Virus record (IMG/VR): IMGVR_UViG_2609459769_000015 | Direction: 5' to 3' (one strand) | Origin: a virus | Lineage: Duplodnaviria > Heunggongvirae > Uroviricota > Caudoviricetes | DNA: 7,330 bases | Part shown: in pieces, positions 5,898 through 7,330 of the stretch | Numbering within the stretch: position 1 is the stretch's first letter | Layout of the letters: every line of letters starts with the position of its first letter | Translations under genes and position numbers: made by a program | Notes under the pieces: generated by a model | Told to the model about the DNA's origin: nothing | The model's database searches: none | What the model saw: only the letters and a program-made list of their open reading frames with translations

Positions 5898-6089
5898 ATG
5901 CTTGGTAAGGTATTTTTTGTGGTTTTGTCATGTTCTTTGTTATTAAACCCACTAACTACCTATGCTAGAAATTATCCCTGCTCAGGGAAAAAGGGAGGTG
6001 TTTCTCACTGTACCTCAGATGGCAAATTCGTTTGCAATGATGGAACTATTAGTAAATCCAAAAAAATCTGTACTAAAAACTCACGATAA
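5898..6089 (+). CDS. Small secreted Cys-rich protein (63 aa): signal peptide then a ~40-aa basic mature peptide with 4 Cys; moron between cI and int
   Basis: ATG 5898 with strong GGGAGG RBS (5-nt spacer) 16 bp after the cI stop; hydrophobic N-terminus [18 protein letters not shown]; AT-rich relative to flanks. Confidence 0.6.
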   Translation: MLGKVFFVVLSCSLLLNPLTTYARNYPCSGKKGGVSHCTSDGKFVCNDGTISKSKKICTKNSR

Positions 6090-6224
6090 CTTTTGCTTTT
6101 ATATCTGCGTCTAAAATAAAAATGAGCCGCAGGTTAACCGCAAAAGTTACATGCTCACATAGCAAAAAGAATAGCCAACTTCATGATGGCTTCAGTGAGA
6201 TGTATGGTCGTAGGATTTCATACA

Positions 6225-6253
6225 TTGACACTGGTTATACATACAGTAAAAAT
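6225..6253 (+). promoter_or_regulatory. Near-consensus sigma70 promoter upstream of int (-35 TTGACA 6225-6230; -10 TAAAAA/AAAAAT 6247-6253) whose spacer is a LexA-box-like palindrome CTGGTTATACATACAG (6231-6246)
   Basis: Read from sequence; 13 of 16 positions match the CTGT-N8-ACAG LexA consensus (CTGG half-site as in ruvA box), with a perfect ACAGTA distal half. Confidence 0.4.
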
Positions 6254-6277
6254 GCTCTCTACTGGAGGGCATTTTTT

Positions 6278-7330
6278 ATGGCAGTACGAAAACTCACCAC
6301 AGGGAAATGGCTTTGCGAATGTTACCCCGCCGGACGTAGTGGGCGTCGTGTGCGTAAACAATTCGCCACCAAAGGCGAAGCTCTGGCTTTTGAGCGCCAC
6401 ACGATGGAAGAAACCGAAGCAAAGCCCTGGCTGGGTGAATCAGTGGATCGTCGAACACTGAAAGACGTAGTTGAGCTATGGTTCAAACTACATGGTAAAT
6501 CTCTGACAGCTGGGCAGCATGTCTATGACAAATTGCTGTTGATGGTTGACGCTCTGGGTAATCCTCTTGCAACCGATCTCACCTCTAAAATGTTTGCCCA
6601 CTATCGAGATAAACGCCTGACAGGCGAGATCTACTTCAGCGAGAAATGGAAGAAAGGAGCAAGCCCGGTCACCATTAACCTGGAGCAAAGCTATCTAAGT
6701 AGTGTTTTTAGCGAACTATCCCGTCTGGGCGAATGGTCGTATCCGAACCCACTGGAGAACATGCGAAAATTCACCATCGCAGAAAAAGAGATGGCATGGC
6801 TTACCCATGAGCAGATTGTTGAATTGCTGGCTGATTGCAAACGTCAGGACCCAATTCTGGCACTGGTAGTTAAGATATGCTTAAGCACAGGCGCACGCTG
6901 GCGTGAAGCCGTAAATCTTACCCGCTCACAGGTGACCAAATACCGAATTACCTTTGTCAGAACGAAGGGGAAGAAAAACAGAAGCATCCCTATCAGTAAA
7001 GAGCTTTACGAAGAGATCATGGCGCTTGATGGGTTCAATTTCTTTACAGACTACTATTTTCAATTTTTATCCGTGATGGAAAAAACGTCTATCGTGCTCC
7101 CTCGCGGTCAACTCACACACGTTCTGCGCCATACGTTTGCGGCGCACTTCATGATGTCGGGTGGAAACATTCTCGCCTTACAAAAAATTCTCGGACACCA
7201 CGATATAAAAATGACTATGCGTTACGCACATCTGGCACCAGATCATCTGGAAACGGCGCTCCGTTTCAATCCTCTGGCAACGCTGCCAAGTGGCGACAAA
7301 GTGGCGGCAGCGGTTGGCATTACCCCGTAA
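6278..7330 (+). CDS. int: Tyrosine site-specific integrase, P2/186 family (350 aa)
   Basis: N-terminus MAVRKLTTGKW...RKQFATKGEALAFERHT parallels P2 Int; catalytic region LSTGARWREA, HVLRHTFAAHF, MRYAHL with active-site Tyr; ATG 6278 preceded by GGAGGG (6265-6270); stop is the last codon of the window. Confidence 0.9.
   Translation: MAVRKLTTGKWLCECYPAGRSGRRVRKQFATKGEALAFERHTMEETEAKPWLGESVDRRTLKDVVELWFKLHGKSLTAGQHVYDKLLLMVDALGNPLATDLTSKMFAHYRDKRLTGEIYFSEKWKKGASPVTINLEQSYLSSVFSELSRLGEWSYPNPLENMRKFTIAEKEMAWLTHEQIVELLADCKRQDPILALVVKICLSTGARWREAVNLTRSQVTKYRITFVRTKGKKNRSIPISKELYEEIMALDGFNFFTDYYFQFLSVMEKTSIVLPRGQLTHVLRHTFAAHFMMSGGNILALQKILGHHDIKMTMRYAHLAPDHLETALRFNPLATLPSGDKVAAAVGITP

Larger units (their letters stand above)
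1..7330. mobile_element. Partial 186/P2-family temperate phage (prophage) immunity and early region with accessory cargo; the window ends at the int stop codon, so att and any late genes lie outside
   Basis: Co-occurrence and order of P2-like int, 186-like cI, apl/cox, cII, TraR-like and dam genes with face-to-face switch architecture; dense overlapping gene junctions typical of phage operons. Confidence 0.8.

Noticed and set aside
6122-6277. N-terminal 52-codon extension of the integrase ORF (ATG 6122)
   Set aside because: Homology to P2 Int begins at the Met at 6278, which has a good RBS; the upstream stretch contains promoter-like and LexA-like elements and looks non-coding
5606-6688. Antisense or alternate-frame ORFs within cI and int (5606..5869, 6183..6461, 6218..6400, 6488..6688)
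   Set aside because: Overlap confidently called genes; no RBS; compositionally non-coding
1-7330. tRNA, rRNA, CRISPR array, IS element or att site
   Set aside because: No cloverleaf-like, repeat-spacer or terminal inverted-repeat structures seen; the window ends at the int stop codon so any attachment site would lie outside

Overview
The window reads as the immunity/early region of a temperate phage of the 186/P2 family (likely a prophage in an enterobacterial genome), plus a cargo block at the left end. From right to left: a P2/186-type tyrosine integrase (6278..7330, +), a small AT-rich secreted Cys-rich 'moron' ORF (5898..6089, +), a 186-type CI repressor (5313..5882, +), a face-to-face switch region (5168..5312), then a tightly packed leftward early operon on the minus strand: Apl/Cox-like excisionase-regulator, 186-type CII with what looks like its cognate inverted-repeat operator, four small early ORFs, a TraR/DksA-type zinc-finger protein and a Dam-family N6-adenine methyltransferase (2245..3102). 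No replication initiator follows dam in this window. Instead there is a convergent Mu-like com-mom DNA-modification module (1191..2082, +) preceded by a GATC-containing palindrome, a bidirectional terminator with GTATCAAA repeats between mom and dam, and three uncharacterised small genes (1..934). I found no tRNA, rRNA, CRISPR array or IS element. All calls are from reading the sequence and recalling family features; no database search was run, so novelty cannot be established here. The most promising leads for something undescribed are the dam / com-mom epigenetic circuit, the three unknown small cargo genes at the left edge, and the secreted peptide gene between cI and int.
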